The notes under the pieces: generated by a model | Database searches by the model: none | Seen by the model: the letters and a program-made list of their open reading frames with translations, nothing else | What the model was told of the DNA's origin: nothing | NCBI GenBank assembly: GCA_037481655.1 | Contig: JBBFLF010000001.1 | Location: 127,052-191,051 of the forward strand | Source of the DNA: Desulfobaccales bacterium | GTDB lineage: Bacteria; Desulfobacterota; Desulfobaccia; Desulfobaccales; 0-14-0-80-60-11 | Length of the DNA stretch: 64,000 nucleotides | Direction: 5' to 3' | Part shown: one piece after another, positions 18,267 through 26,987 of the stretch | Layout of the letters: each line of letters begins with the position of its first letter | How positions within the stretch are numbered: the first letter of the stretch is position 1 | Program-made: the position numbers and the translations under genes

Positions 18267-19495
18267 GTCTCCACCTCTTCATCGGGGGTGGCCAGCCACT
18301 CAATGCGGCCGGCGGCCCCTCCCGCCAACAGAGCTTCCCAAAAATCCGGGCCCTCCTCCGGGGTGACGGCAATGAGGGCCGCCTGCTTGCCGGGGGTGAG
18401 GCTCCCCAGCTCCGCCTCAAAGCGCAGGGCCCTGGCGCCTCCCAGGGTGACCCAGGCGATGAGTTCCTCCCCCGGCACCTCCGGGAACTCCTGGTGCAGA
18501 AGCCAGAGGTCCCGGAAGAGATTGTAATCCTCCACGCTGGCCAGGGAATCGGTGCCCAGAGCCAAGGAGAGGTTAGCTTGGCGAAAAAGCCCGAGGGGAG
18601 GCTTCCCGGCGCCGGTGTGGCGGTTGGAGCGGGGGCAGAGGACCACCGTCACCCCCTCCCGGGCCAGCAGCTCCACGTCCGCCCCGGTGACCTGGAGGCA
18701 ATGGACCGCCAGGGTGTCCGGCCCCAGCACCCCCAGGGAATGCAGATAAGCCACGGGAGACAAACCCGGCGGCTGGAACTCGTCCCGCCAGCGCCCCCGG
18801 GCCAGCAGGAGCTCCCGGAAAAAGCCTGTCCCGGTGTGCAAAAACTCCACCTCGGCCTCGGACTCGGCCAGATGCACCGCCAGGAGCCGCCCCCGGCGGC
18901 GGTTCCAGGCCGCCACCCGCCGGAAGAGGGCCGCCGAGACGGAGTAAGGGGCATGGGCGGCGGCGGAGAAATGGGGGTCATTGAGGGCGGCCTCCGTGAG
19001 GAAGATGGGAAAATCCCGGGCCAACGGCCCCTCATCCTGGAGGTGAAACCCCAGACATTCATAAAAATAGTGGTAATCCAGGCCGCTTTCCCTGAGGGCC
19101 TCCAGGCTGAGGCCGGTGTTGCTCACCTCGCCCACCAGGCCCGTGCCGAAGCGCCACAGCTCCCTGAGGCCCATCTCCAGCCCCCCTTCCCGCTCATAGG
19201 GGCTCAGGCGGTCGGCGGCCGTGAGCGTGGCCGTCAGCCAACTGGGGAAATCCGGCTGGGGGGGGATGCGGTTCTTGAGGGCGGAAAATTCCAGGTGCAC
19301 GTGGGCATTCACCAGACAGGGGAGGATGGCCACCTCGCCGTGATCCAGGACCGGCCCTCGCCAGCGATGCTCCAAATCGGCAAATCTCCCCACCTCCCGG
19401 ATGATCCCCCGGGCCACCGCCACCGCGCCGTCGTCGATGACCGGCCGGTCCACGGGCACCACGTGGCGGGCCCGGTGCAGGGTCACGGAAACCAC
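18263..19495 (-). CDS. Amidohydrolase-superfamily deaminase (cog0402 chlorohydrolase/MTA-SAH deaminase type); aminofutalosine deaminase by context
   Basis: LVNAHVHLEFS metal motif, HLAES.AE, LGTDS. ATGA-type overlaps with both neighbours in the mqn block. Confidence 0.7.
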   Translation of the reverse strand: MVSVTLHRARHVVPVDRPVIDDGAVAVARGIIREVGRFADLEHRWRGPVLDHGEVAILPCLVNAHVHLEFSALKNRIPPQPDFPSWLTATLTAADRLSPYEREGGLEMGLRELWRFGTGLVGEVSNTGLSLEALRESGLDYHYFYECLGFHLQDEGPLARDFPIFLTEAALNDPHFSAAAHAPYSVSAALFRRVAAWNRRRGRLLAVHLAESEAEVEFLHTGTGFFRELLLARGRWRDEFQPPGLSPVAYLHSLGVLGPDTLAVHCLQVTGADVELLAREGVTVVLCPRSNRHTGAGKPPLGLFRQANLSLALGTDSLASVEDYNLFRDLWLLHQEFPEVPGEELIAWVTLGGARALRFEAELGSLTPGKQAALIAVTPEEGPDFWEALLAGGAAGRIEWLATPDEEVET

Positions 19496-21558
19496 GTGCG
19501 CCAGTCCTCCCCCAGATCGCCCCGGAGGCGGTAACGCTCCATCAGCCGGCCGCAGTGGCAGGCCGCCGGCGCCGCCAGCAGGGTAGGGAGCAGTTTCAGG
19601 GCCAGCCCGCCGAAGGCGGCCTCCACCGCCTGCACTCTTGCCGTCTCCTCCGGGGTGGCCAGGCCCTCAAAGAGCACCCCCGGCTGATAGGGGCGCTCGG
19701 CCACCCCCTCGGCAAAGTTCACCACATAGCACAAGGGCACATAGCAGAGCTCCAGTTCCCGGGCCAGAAAGACCTCGGGCACCAGGGTCTGGCCCACCAG
19801 GTCACCCCCCAGAAGTTTCAGCTTGCGGATCTCCGCCGGCGTCTCCAGCCGGGGGCCGGTGGTGGCGGCATAGACCCCGCCGTCATGCACCGGGAAGGGG
19901 CAGTCGGTCAGCGCCGCCAGCAGGGCTTGGCGCAGGGCGGGGCAGAAGACCGGCTGGTGCCGGATAAAACCCGGCCCCCGGCCGGGAAAAAAGGTGTAGG
20001 GCCCGTGAGTGGTCTCATCCAGGATGTCCTGGGGCACCACCAGATGCCCCGGGGCCATGGCCGGATTGATGGCGCCCGGGGCGCACCAGGCCAGAATGCG
20101 GCTTACCCCCAGGGACTTGAGGGCATAGAGGTTGGCCCGGTCGTTGACAAAGGGGGCCGAGACTTCGTAGCCCGCCTCCCCGTGCCGGGAGAGCACCGCA
20201 AAACTGAGTTCCCCCTGGCGAAAAACATGCACCGGATTGGCTTGGCCGAAGGGGGTGTGGAGGTGCTTGACCCCTTCATATTCCACCCCCAGGGCGAGAA
20301 AATCCCGGTGGGCCCCCACCCGGGCGATGACCGCCAGGGGCACGGCGTCCGGCGGCGGCCAGGAAGTGGATAGCGGCGCCTCGGTGCCCCCTTCCTTATT
20401 GCTATTTGGGCCAGGATTTCCCCCCGATGGCACGGATTCTCGTGCTGGTCCGGATGCTGAGGCCCCGGCAGGGGGAGTGGTCATGATTCCTTGGGCATCT
20501 CTTTGCACCGCCCGGTAGAGGTGATCCCGCTGCCGGGGAACGTAGCCGGCGGTGGTGATGAGATGGACGATATCCTCCCGGGAGAGGCGGAAGGTGACCC
20601 CGGTGGCGGCCACCACGTTTTCCTCGATCATGGTGGAGCCGAAGTCATTGGCGCCAAACTCCAGGGCCACCTGGGCCACCTTATCTCCTTGGGTGACCCA
20701 GGAGACCTGCAGATTGGGGACGTTGTCCAATACCAGGCGGGAGATTGCCAGGGTTTTGAGATACTCATGGGCCCCCGCGGCCTCGCCCCCCAGGGCGGTG
20801 CCCCCAGGCTGGAAGGTCCAGGGGATGAAGGCGGTGAAGCCCCCCGTCCTATCCTGCAGCTCCCGGATCCGGAGGAGATGCTCGGTGCGCTCCGCCCGGC
20901 TCTCCACGTGGCCGAACATCATGGTGGCGGTGGTCCGGAGCCCCAGACGGTGGGCGGTCTCCATGACCTCAAGCCAATGGGCCGCCGTGGCCTTATTAGG
21001 TGAAATGAGGCGCCGCACGCCCTCGGTGAGGATTTCGGCCCCGCCCCCGGGGATGGAGGAGAGGCCCGCGGCCATGAGGCGCTGCAGCACCTCTTTGAGG
21101 CTTATGCCGAAGTGCCGGGCAAAAAAGACGATTTCGGGGGGCGAAAAGCCGTGCACATGCAACCCGAAGTCCCGGATGGTGGCCACCAGCTCTTCGTAAT
21201 AGGAGAAGGGCAGATCGGGGTTAAGGCCACCCTGGAGGAGGATGCCGGTGCCGCCCAGCTCCCGGGTTTCCTGAAGTTTCCGGCGCAGCTCCTCCCAGGT
21301 AAGGACGTAGCCCTCGGGATGCCCCGGCGGCCGGAAAAAGGCGCAAAACCGGCACCCCGACAGGCAGATGTTGGTGTAATTGATATTGCGGTCGCAGACA
21401 AAAGTGACCACCGGCTCCGGGTGCAGGCGCTGGCGCACCCGCTTAGCCAGGCTCCCCAGGAGCAACAGGTCCAGGTCCCAGAGCGCCAAAGCCTCCAGGG
21501 CGGAGAGGCGCTCTCCGGCCAGGGTTTTCTCCACGGCGATGGCGGCCAGGCGGTCCAT
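19483..21558 (-). CDS. mqnC: Fusion protein: MqnC-type radical SAM (cyclic dehypoxanthine futalosine synthase-like) N-domain + MTAP-like nucleoside phosphorylase C-domain
   Basis: N-terminal part: DRNINYTNICLSGCRFCAFFR, ILLQGGLNPDLPF, HGFSPPEI. A low-complexity P/G/S/A linker follows. C-terminal part: HTPFG, FAVLSRHGEAGYEVSAPFVNDRANLYALKSLGV.RILAW.A.G, GHLVVPQD..DET, ATTGPRLETPAEIR, G.DLVGQT.VPE..LARE.E.CY (MTAP pattern). The start ATG shares one base with the upstream stop (TGATG at 21556-21560). Confidence 0.8.
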   Translation of the reverse strand: MDRLAAIAVEKTLAGERLSALEALALWDLDLLLLGSLAKRVRQRLHPEPVVTFVCDRNINYTNICLSGCRFCAFFRPPGHPEGYVLTWEELRRKLQETRELGGTGILLQGGLNPDLPFSYYEELVATIRDFGLHVHGFSPPEIVFFARHFGISLKEVLQRLMAAGLSSIPGGGAEILTEGVRRLISPNKATAAHWLEVMETAHRLGLRTTATMMFGHVESRAERTEHLLRIRELQDRTGGFTAFIPWTFQPGGTALGGEAAGAHEYLKTLAISRLVLDNVPNLQVSWVTQGDKVAQVALEFGANDFGSTMIEENVVAATGVTFRLSREDIVHLITTAGYVPRQRDHLYRAVQRDAQGIMTTPPAGASASGPARESVPSGGNPGPNSNKEGGTEAPLSTSWPPPDAVPLAVIARVGAHRDFLALGVEYEGVKHLHTPFGQANPVHVFRQGELSFAVLSRHGEAGYEVSAPFVNDRANLYALKSLGVSRILAWCAPGAINPAMAPGHLVVPQDILDETTHGPYTFFPGRGPGFIRHQPVFCPALRQALLAALTDCPFPVHDGGVYAATTGPRLETPAEIRKLKLLGGDLVGQTLVPEVFLARELELCYVPLCYVVNFAEGVAERPYQPGVLFEGLATPEETARVQAVEAAFGGLALKLLPTLLAAPAACHCGRLMERYRLRGDLGEDWRTWFP

Positions 21559-22655
21559 CAGGAGATCACGTTGTACAGGGTGTCCCGCTCCACCGGCTCG
21601 CACCCTGCCTCCCTAATCAGGCGCAGGAGGGCCTGCCGGGGAAGCCCGGTGGGCGTCTTGGCGCCGGCCATGTGGGTGATGCGCTCCTCGATGACCGTGC
21701 CGTCAATGTCGTCGGCCCCGAAGGTGAGGGAGAGCTGTGCCAGTTTGGGGCCCACCATGATCCAGAAGGACTTGATGTGGGGGAAGTTGTCCAGCATCAG
21801 GCGGGCCACGGCGATGTTTTTGAGATCGTCAAAGCCGGTGGTGTGGCTCAAGTGCTCCAGCTCGGTGTTGGCCGGGTGGAAGGCCAAAGGAATGAAGGTG
21901 AGGAAGCCCCCGGTCTCGTCCTGGGCCTCTCTTAAGCGCACCAGATGCTCCACCCGCTCCTCCAGGGTCTCCACGTGCCCGTAGAGCATGGTGGCGTTGG
22001 TGCGCAGCCCCAGGCGATGGGCGGTCTTAGCCACCTCCAGGTAGCCTTCGGGGGAGAGCTTTTTGGGGCAGAGCTCCCGGCGGATGCGGCTGCTGAAGAC
22101 CTCCGCCCCGCCGCCGGGCAGGGACCCCAGCCCCGCTTCTTTCAGGGCCTCCAGGGTGTCGGCCACGGACATGCCGGCCAGCTCCGCCAGGTGGGCGATC
22201 TCCACGCAGGTGAAGGCCTGCAGATGCACCGTGGGCCGCAAACGCTTGATGCCCCGGAGCATCTCCAGATAATAGGTGAAGGGCAAGTCCGGATGGAGTC
22301 CGCCCACGATGTGGATCTCGGTGATGGGCTCGGCCAGGCGCTCCTCGATGCGGGCGAAGATCTCCTCCAGGGTCATCTCATAGGCCTGGGGGTCCCCTTT
22401 GGGCTTGCCGAAGGCGCAGAAACGGCAGCCGTTGACGCAGACGTTGGAGTAGTTGAGGTGCTGGTTGTAGATATAGTAAGCCCGGTGGCCGTGCAGGCGC
22501 CGGCGCACCAGATTGGCCAGATAGCCCACCCCCAGAAGATCCGGGCTGCGATACAGGGTGAGGCCGTCCTCGAAGCTCAGGCGCTCCTGAGCCTGCACCT
22601 TGTCATAGATGGGCAAGAGGGCGGCATCGCTGATATAGGGTTCCGGTCCGGTCAT
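21558..22655 (-). CDS. mqnE: MqnE-type radical SAM (aminofutalosine synthase-like)
   Basis: NQHLNYSNVCVNGCRFCAFGK, EIHIVGGLHPDLPFTYYLEML, GSLPGGGAE. The MqnE versus MqnC assignment of the two paralogues is from memory of family signatures and could be swapped. Confidence 0.75.
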   Translation of the reverse strand: MTGPEPYISDAALLPIYDKVQAQERLSFEDGLTLYRSPDLLGVGYLANLVRRRLHGHRAYYIYNQHLNYSNVCVNGCRFCAFGKPKGDPQAYEMTLEEIFARIEERLAEPITEIHIVGGLHPDLPFTYYLEMLRGIKRLRPTVHLQAFTCVEIAHLAELAGMSVADTLEALKEAGLGSLPGGGAEVFSSRIRRELCPKKLSPEGYLEVAKTAHRLGLRTNATMLYGHVETLEERVEHLVRLREAQDETGGFLTFIPLAFHPANTELEHLSHTTGFDDLKNIAVARLMLDNFPHIKSFWIMVGPKLAQLSLTFGADDIDGTVIEERITHMAGAKTPTGLPRQALLRLIREAGCEPVERDTLYNVIS

Positions 22656-22686
22656 TGTCTCCTCCGGCCGCCGCCGGCGGCAATCA

Positions 22687-22752
22687 CGGGGTTGGGGGAT
22701 AGGGTACGGGAGAGGGTGACAGGAAGCCTATGCTCTTTTGCCTCCCTCCCGG
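22687..22752. repeat. Half element (right-hand orientation)
   Basis: CGGGGTTGGGGGATAGGGT + ACGGGAGAGGGTGACAGGAAGCC-tatg-CTCTTTTGCCTCCCTCCCGG. Confidence 0.6.
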
Positions 22753-22800
22753 AGGCCAGCCATAAAAGGGGCAGGCGCTCTCCCTTCCCCCTTCTCTGCT

Positions 22801-22929
22801 GAGGGAAGGGCCGGGGGAGCGGTGGCTCCCCCACCCTCCCCTCAGACTCCCCTCCCCACCCCCCTTAAGGGGTTGGGGAGAGGGTGGGGGAGAGGGGCTA
22901 GAGGGCTATGCTCCCTGGCCCCCTCTCCC
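22801..22929. repeat. Full element copy
   Basis: GGGCCGGGGGAGC-ggtg-GCTCCCCCACCCTCCCC; central CTCAGACTCCCCTCCCCACCCCCCTTAAGGGGTTGGGGAGAGGG; then GGGGGAGAGGGGCTAGAGGGC-tatg-CTCCCTGGCCCCCTCTCCC. Confidence 0.8.
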
Positions 22930-23601
22930 GGTATCCTGCCAATTCCTCCCCGGCGGCGCCAATCCCCGGCGCAGCAGTTCAATGAGCTCCCGGCCCCGGA
23001 CGGCCACCTCCTCAGCCGCGGCCTGGTTCAACCCCAGGGTGACGTCAAAGGCGGGCATGGCCACGGCCTGCAGGAAGCGGTCAAAGACCGCGTCCAACAG
23101 AAAAATAGCCGCCTCCGGGGAGACCTCCGCCCGGATCTCCCCCCGGGAAAGGCCCTGGCGCACCAGGGAGGCGAAATAGTCGGCGGCGAAGCGGCGCACC
23201 GCGGCCAACAGCTCCTGGCGCCGAGGAGTGCGCTGGTCGTAGAGAATCCGCAGATACAGGCCGAAGAGCCGGGGGTGGCGCCGAAGGAAGTCCACTCCGG
23301 CCATCAGCGATTTTTCCAGCCGGGTGAAGACATCGGCCTCCCGGGTCTCTTCCTTGACGCCAAGCAGGGTGCGGCGCACCACCCCCACCGCCACCTCGAA
23401 AAGGTAGAGAAAAATTCCCTGCTTGTCGGTAAAATACTGATACAGGGAGCCCTTGGCGATGCCTGAGACCGCCACCACGGCGTTGAGGCTGGCCTGCTCG
23501 AACCCCTTGTCGGCAAACTCCGCCAGGGCCGCGTCGATGATCCGCTCCCGTTTTTCCGGGGGCAGATTGAGGAAGGTGGGGCGTACCGGGGAAGCTTCCA
23601 T
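22906..23601 (-). CDS. TetR-family transcriptional regulator
   Basis: N-terminal HTH: RERIIDAALAEFADKGFEQASLNAVVAVSGIAKGSLYQYFTDK. Confidence 0.85.
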   Translation of the reverse strand: MEASPVRPTFLNLPPEKRERIIDAALAEFADKGFEQASLNAVVAVSGIAKGSLYQYFTDKQGIFLYLFEVAVGVVRRTLLGVKEETREADVFTRLEKSLMAGVDFLRRHPRLFGLYLRILYDQRTPRRQELLAAVRRFAADYFASLVRQGLSRGEIRAEVSPEAAIFLLDAVFDRFLQAVAMPAFDVTLGLNQAAAEEVAVRGRELIELLRRGLAPPGRNWQDTGRGGQGA

Positions 23602-23663
23602 ATGACCACCTGGTCATACCATGCTTCCCGGAAGGTTGTCAAGGGCTTAAACGCCAAGGGGGC

Positions 23664-24305
23664 GTGGCGAAATGCCGGGAGTGCACAGGGTTCTTGGGCG
23701 AGAAAATGTCCGTCAGGGAAGGGTCAAAGGGGCGTGAGGAGGGCATGGAAGAAAAACGGCATCTCGGCCTGCAGGAACTGGCGGACTTTCTGGAAGATTT
23801 GGCCCGGCAGCTCAAAGGCGGCCAGGTGAGGGTGGGCGGGAGTAGTCTTGCCCTGCCGGCGGAACTGGAGGGGAAGGTGGAGCTGTGGGCCGCCGACGGG
23901 CGGCTGGGCCTGAAGCTGAAAGCCCGGTGGCCCCAGGTGCCGGTCCACGGGAAGCCGTCTGCTGAACCCCCCGGACCCCCGCCCCGACCCGTGTCGCTGC
24001 CCCCCAAGGCACCGGCCCGCAGCTTTAAAGACATCAAAAAGCGGCTGGCCCAGGTCTTCGGCCTGCTGAAAAAGATGGCCGTCCAGGGGGAGCTGCCGCC
24101 TCTGCACCTGGTGACGGAGTTTCTCGCCCTGTCCCGGGAATCGGCCCGGTTCGCCGAGCCGGCCTGGCAGGCCTCCATGCAGGATTTCCTGGACCACGCC
24201 GCCAATCTGGCAAGAGCCCACGCTCAGGGGCAGCTGGAGCTCTTTGCCCATGAGCTTCGGGACCTGGAGGCCCGGATGCGCGCCTGTCATGAGGAGTATG
24301 CCTGA
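23664..24305 (+). CDS. Amphi-Trp domain protein with C-terminal XXXCH-like motif (hypothetical)
   Basis: LQELADFLEDLARQLKGGQVRVGG..LALPAELEGKVELWAADGRLGLKLKARW resembles the amphi-Trp domain. A Pro-rich linker follows. The C-terminus ends ...RMRACHEEYA. Start uncertain (alternative Met at residues 15 and 28). Confidence 0.4.
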   Translation: MAKCRECTGFLGEKMSVREGSKGREEGMEEKRHLGLQELADFLEDLARQLKGGQVRVGGSSLALPAELEGKVELWAADGRLGLKLKARWPQVPVHGKPSAEPPGPPPRPVSLPPKAPARSFKDIKKRLAQVFGLLKKMAVQGELPPLHLVTEFLALSRESARFAEPAWQASMQDFLDHAANLARAHAQGQLELFAHELRDLEARMRACHEEYA

Positions 24306-24733
24306 TGGCGGTGAAGATCCTCACCACCCCCCGCCTGGAGCGCTGCATCGGCTGCTATTCCTGCTCCCTGGCCTGCGCCCGGCTGGTGCACCGGCGCCTG
24401 TCCTGGGAGACCGCGGGCATCCGCATCTTCACCTCCGGGGGGCTGTCCACCGGCTTTGAGGCCAGGGTCTGCCTGGCCTGCGACCCGCCACCCTGTGCCG
24501 CGGCCTGCCCCACCGGCGCCTTTGCGCCCCGCAAGGGGGGCGGGGTGGTGGTGCGTCGGCGGCTGTGCCTCCGCTGCGGCGAGTGCGCCCGGGCCTGCCC
24601 GGTGAATGCCATTTTTCTGGACTCCCAGGGCGAGCCCTTCGTCTGCCTGCACTGCGGCCGTTGCGTGCCATTCTGCCCCCATGACTGCCTGGCCATGGCG
24701 GAGGTGGCTGCCGCCGGGGAGGAGGCGCCATGA
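24305..24733 (+). CDS. 4Fe-4S dicluster ferredoxin-domain protein (AOR partner)
   Basis: CIGCYSCSLAC, CLACDPPPCAAACP, CLRCGECARACP, CLHCGRCVPFCP. Overlaps both neighbours by 1-4 nt. Confidence 0.8.
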   Translation: MAVKILTTPRLERCIGCYSCSLACARLVHRRLSWETAGIRIFTSGGLSTGFEARVCLACDPPPCAAACPTGAFAPRKGGGVVVRRRLCLRCGECARACPVNAIFLDSQGEPFVCLHCGRCVPFCPHDCLAMAEVAAAGEEAP

Positions 24734-26475
24734 TCCGGGACACCTTCCGGGTGCTGTGGGTGGATCTGGGGACCGGCAAGGGCCGGGTGGAGGAGTTCCC
24801 CGGGCGGGAGGAGGTCCTGGGCGGCAGCGGCCTGGCGGCCCGCCTCTTTGAGCACTACGGCCGCCCAGAGCTCCCTTGGGACCATCCGGAGCAGCCCCTC
24901 ATCTTCGCCATCGGCCCCTTGACCGGCTACTTCCCCCTGATGAGCAAGACGGTGGCCGGCTTTCTCTCCCCCTATCACGGCCAGTACGCCGAAAGCCACG
25001 CCGGCGGCCGCTCCGCCCTGGCCCTGCGCTTTGCCGATTTGGACGCCCTGGTGGTGAGCGGCCGGGCTCCCCGCCCCAGTGTTTTGGGGGTGGGCTCCCG
25101 GCACCTGGAAGTGCGGGAGGCCCACTATCTCTGGGGCCGGGATGTCCTGGCGGTGGGCAAGTACCTGCGCCGCATGTTCTCCGGCGCCGGGCACCGCAGC
25201 ATCCTGCGCATCGGCCCGGCAGGCGAGCAGGGCTCCGCCTATGCCTGCATCAACGTGGACACCTACCGCCACTTCGGCCGGCTGGGGGGCGGGGCGGTGA
25301 TGGGCACCAAAAACCTCAAGGCCATCGTCATCCAGGGGGACGCCACCTTTCCCCTCCCGGAGGGCAAGGCCTACGCCGCCCTCTTTGAACGGGTCTTCCG
25401 GCTCCTCACCGACACCCCCATGATGCGGAAGTACCATGACCTGGGGACGCCCGCCAACATCCGGGTCTTGAACGACCTCAAGGCCCTCCCCTGGCGCAAC
25501 CTCGCCGCCACCCACGACCCGGCGGCCCGGGAGATCAGCGGGGAGAGGTTTGCCGAGGCCACGCTGCTCCGCAACACCGCCTGCGCCGGCTGCCCGGTGG
25601 GCTGCATCCACCTGGGGTTTGTGCGGGAAAGATTCCGGGAGGAAAACCGCTATTTCTTCCGCCAGATCGCCTATGACCATGAGCCCATCTACGCCATGGG
25701 CTCCATGCTGGGGGTGACGGACGCCTTTCAGGTGCTCCGCCTCATTGAGGTCACGGACCGCCTGGGCCTGGATGTCATGAGCGCCGGGGTGGCCCTGGCC
25801 TGGGCGGTGGAGGCCTGGGAGCGGGGCCTGCTCACCGAACACGACACCCTGCTCCCCCTGGGATTTGGGGATGTCCCCGCCCTGGAGGAGGCCCTGCGCC
25901 ATCTGGCCTGGGGGAGCACCGACTTCTACCGCCTCCTGGCCCAAGGTGCCGCCAAGGCGGCCGCGGTCTATGGCGGCGGGGATTTTGCCTGCGTGCTGGG
26001 GCAGGAGATGGCCGGCTACGCCACCGGCGAAGTCTTCTTCGTCGGCCAGGCCCTGGGCTTCCGCCACTCCCACCTGGATGCCGCCGGCTATGCGTATGAC
26101 CAGAAGGTTCAGGAACGCCGGGTGGAGGACGCCCTCGCCTACCTCCTCACCGAGGAACGCCAGCGGGTGGTGCTCACATCGCTGGTGGCCTGCCTCTTTG
26201 CCCGGGAGGTCTATCGCCCGGAGGTGGTGGCGGAATGCCTGGAAGTCCTGGGCTATCGGGAGGTGGCGGCCCGCCTGCCGGGGCTGGGGGAGGAGATTCA
26301 GCGCCGCCGCTGGCGCCTGAAGCTGGCCACCGGCTATGACCCGGAGCGGGTGGAGATTCCCAAACGCTTTTATGAGGTGGAGAACTGGAAGGGCAGGGTG
26401 GACGGCAACTTCATGGCCGCCCTGAAGGCCGCTTATGCCCAGGCCATCCGGGAGCTGGGCCGGCCCCTTCAGTGA
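24730..26475 (+). CDS. Aldehyde:ferredoxin oxidoreductase family (tungstopterin) enzyme
   Basis: 581 aa. GGSGLAARL, GPLTG, SPYHG.YAESHAGG, GRLGGGAVMG.KNLKAI, NTACAGCPVGCIH, LG.DVMSAG. Confidence 0.88.
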   Translation: MIRDTFRVLWVDLGTGKGRVEEFPGREEVLGGSGLAARLFEHYGRPELPWDHPEQPLIFAIGPLTGYFPLMSKTVAGFLSPYHGQYAESHAGGRSALALRFADLDALVVSGRAPRPSVLGVGSRHLEVREAHYLWGRDVLAVGKYLRRMFSGAGHRSILRIGPAGEQGSAYACINVDTYRHFGRLGGGAVMGTKNLKAIVIQGDATFPLPEGKAYAALFERVFRLLTDTPMMRKYHDLGTPANIRVLNDLKALPWRNLAATHDPAAREISGERFAEATLLRNTACAGCPVGCIHLGFVRERFREENRYFFRQIAYDHEPIYAMGSMLGVTDAFQVLRLIEVTDRLGLDVMSAGVALAWAVEAWERGLLTEHDTLLPLGFGDVPALEEALRHLAWGSTDFYRLLAQGAAKAAAVYGGGDFACVLGQEMAGYATGEVFFVGQALGFRHSHLDAAGYAYDQKVQERRVEDALAYLLTEERQRVVLTSLVACLFAREVYRPEVVAECLEVLGYREVAARLPGLGEEIQRRRWRLKLATGYDPERVEIPKRFYEVENWKGRVDGNFMAALKAAYAQAIRELGRPLQ

Positions 26476-26486
26476 GGCAGGCTCAA

Positions 26487-26551
26487 GGGAGAGGGGGCCA
26501 GGGAGCATTAGCCCCTTCCCCCTCTCCCGGGCCCTCACCCCCAACCCCTGG
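26487..26551. repeat. Half element (left-hand orientation)
   Basis: GGGAGAGGGGGCCAGGGAGC-atta-GCCCCTTCCCCCTCTCCC + GGGCCCTCACCCCCAACCCCTGG. Confidence 0.7.
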
Positions 26552-26559
26552 ACGACGGC

Positions 26560-26769
26560 TCAGGAGGCCGCCGGGGCCAGGCAGGGGGGCAGGGCGTCGC
26601 TCAACCGGTCCGGCCAGGTGTAGGCGCAGAAAAAATAGGCCTGATCCGCAGAGCCGCTGGAAAACCATTTGCTGGCCAGATACGGGCAGGCAAAGCAGAG
26701 CTCCGGGACCTCGTCCAGGTCCACTTCCGACAGGCTGACACTGAGGCGGCGGAAATCTTCAGGACGCAT
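26560..26769 (-). CDS. Hypothetical small protein (69 aa)
   Basis: High-GC3 ORF lying exactly between two repeat half-elements. No convincing RBS and no recognisable family. Confidence 0.35.
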   Translation of the reverse strand: MRPEDFRRLSVSLSEVDLDEVPELCFACPYLASKWFSSGSADQAYFFCAYTWPDRLSDALPPCLAPAAS

Positions 26770-26798
26770 GGTGATTTTACGGGGGTGTCTTTTTAATT

Positions 26799-26872
26799 GT
26801 GGGAGAGGGGGCCAGGGAGCAGTGGCCCCCTGCCCCCTCTCCCACGCCCTCTCCCCCCACCCCTTGGTTTAA
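26799..26872. repeat. Half element (left-hand orientation), 5' of the thioesterase gene
   Basis: GTGGGAGAGGGGGCCAGGGAGC-agt-GGCCCCCTGCCCCCTCTCCCAC + GCCCTCTCCCCCCACCCCTTGGTTTAA. Confidence 0.8.
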
Positions 26873-26987
26873 TATGACCTCAAGACGCTTGTCTCGAGGG
26901 GAGAGGATACGGAAGGGGCGCAAGGGGACCTTTGACTGGCCCTAAAAAGACTGCCGCACCGGTCTCATCATCATTCGGGAGGAGGGT

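Noticed and set aside
24355-26544. 729-aa minus-strand ORF
   Set aside because: It is antisense to the AOR and ferredoxin genes, which carry clear family motifs. Its composition is G/A/P/Q-rich and motif-free.
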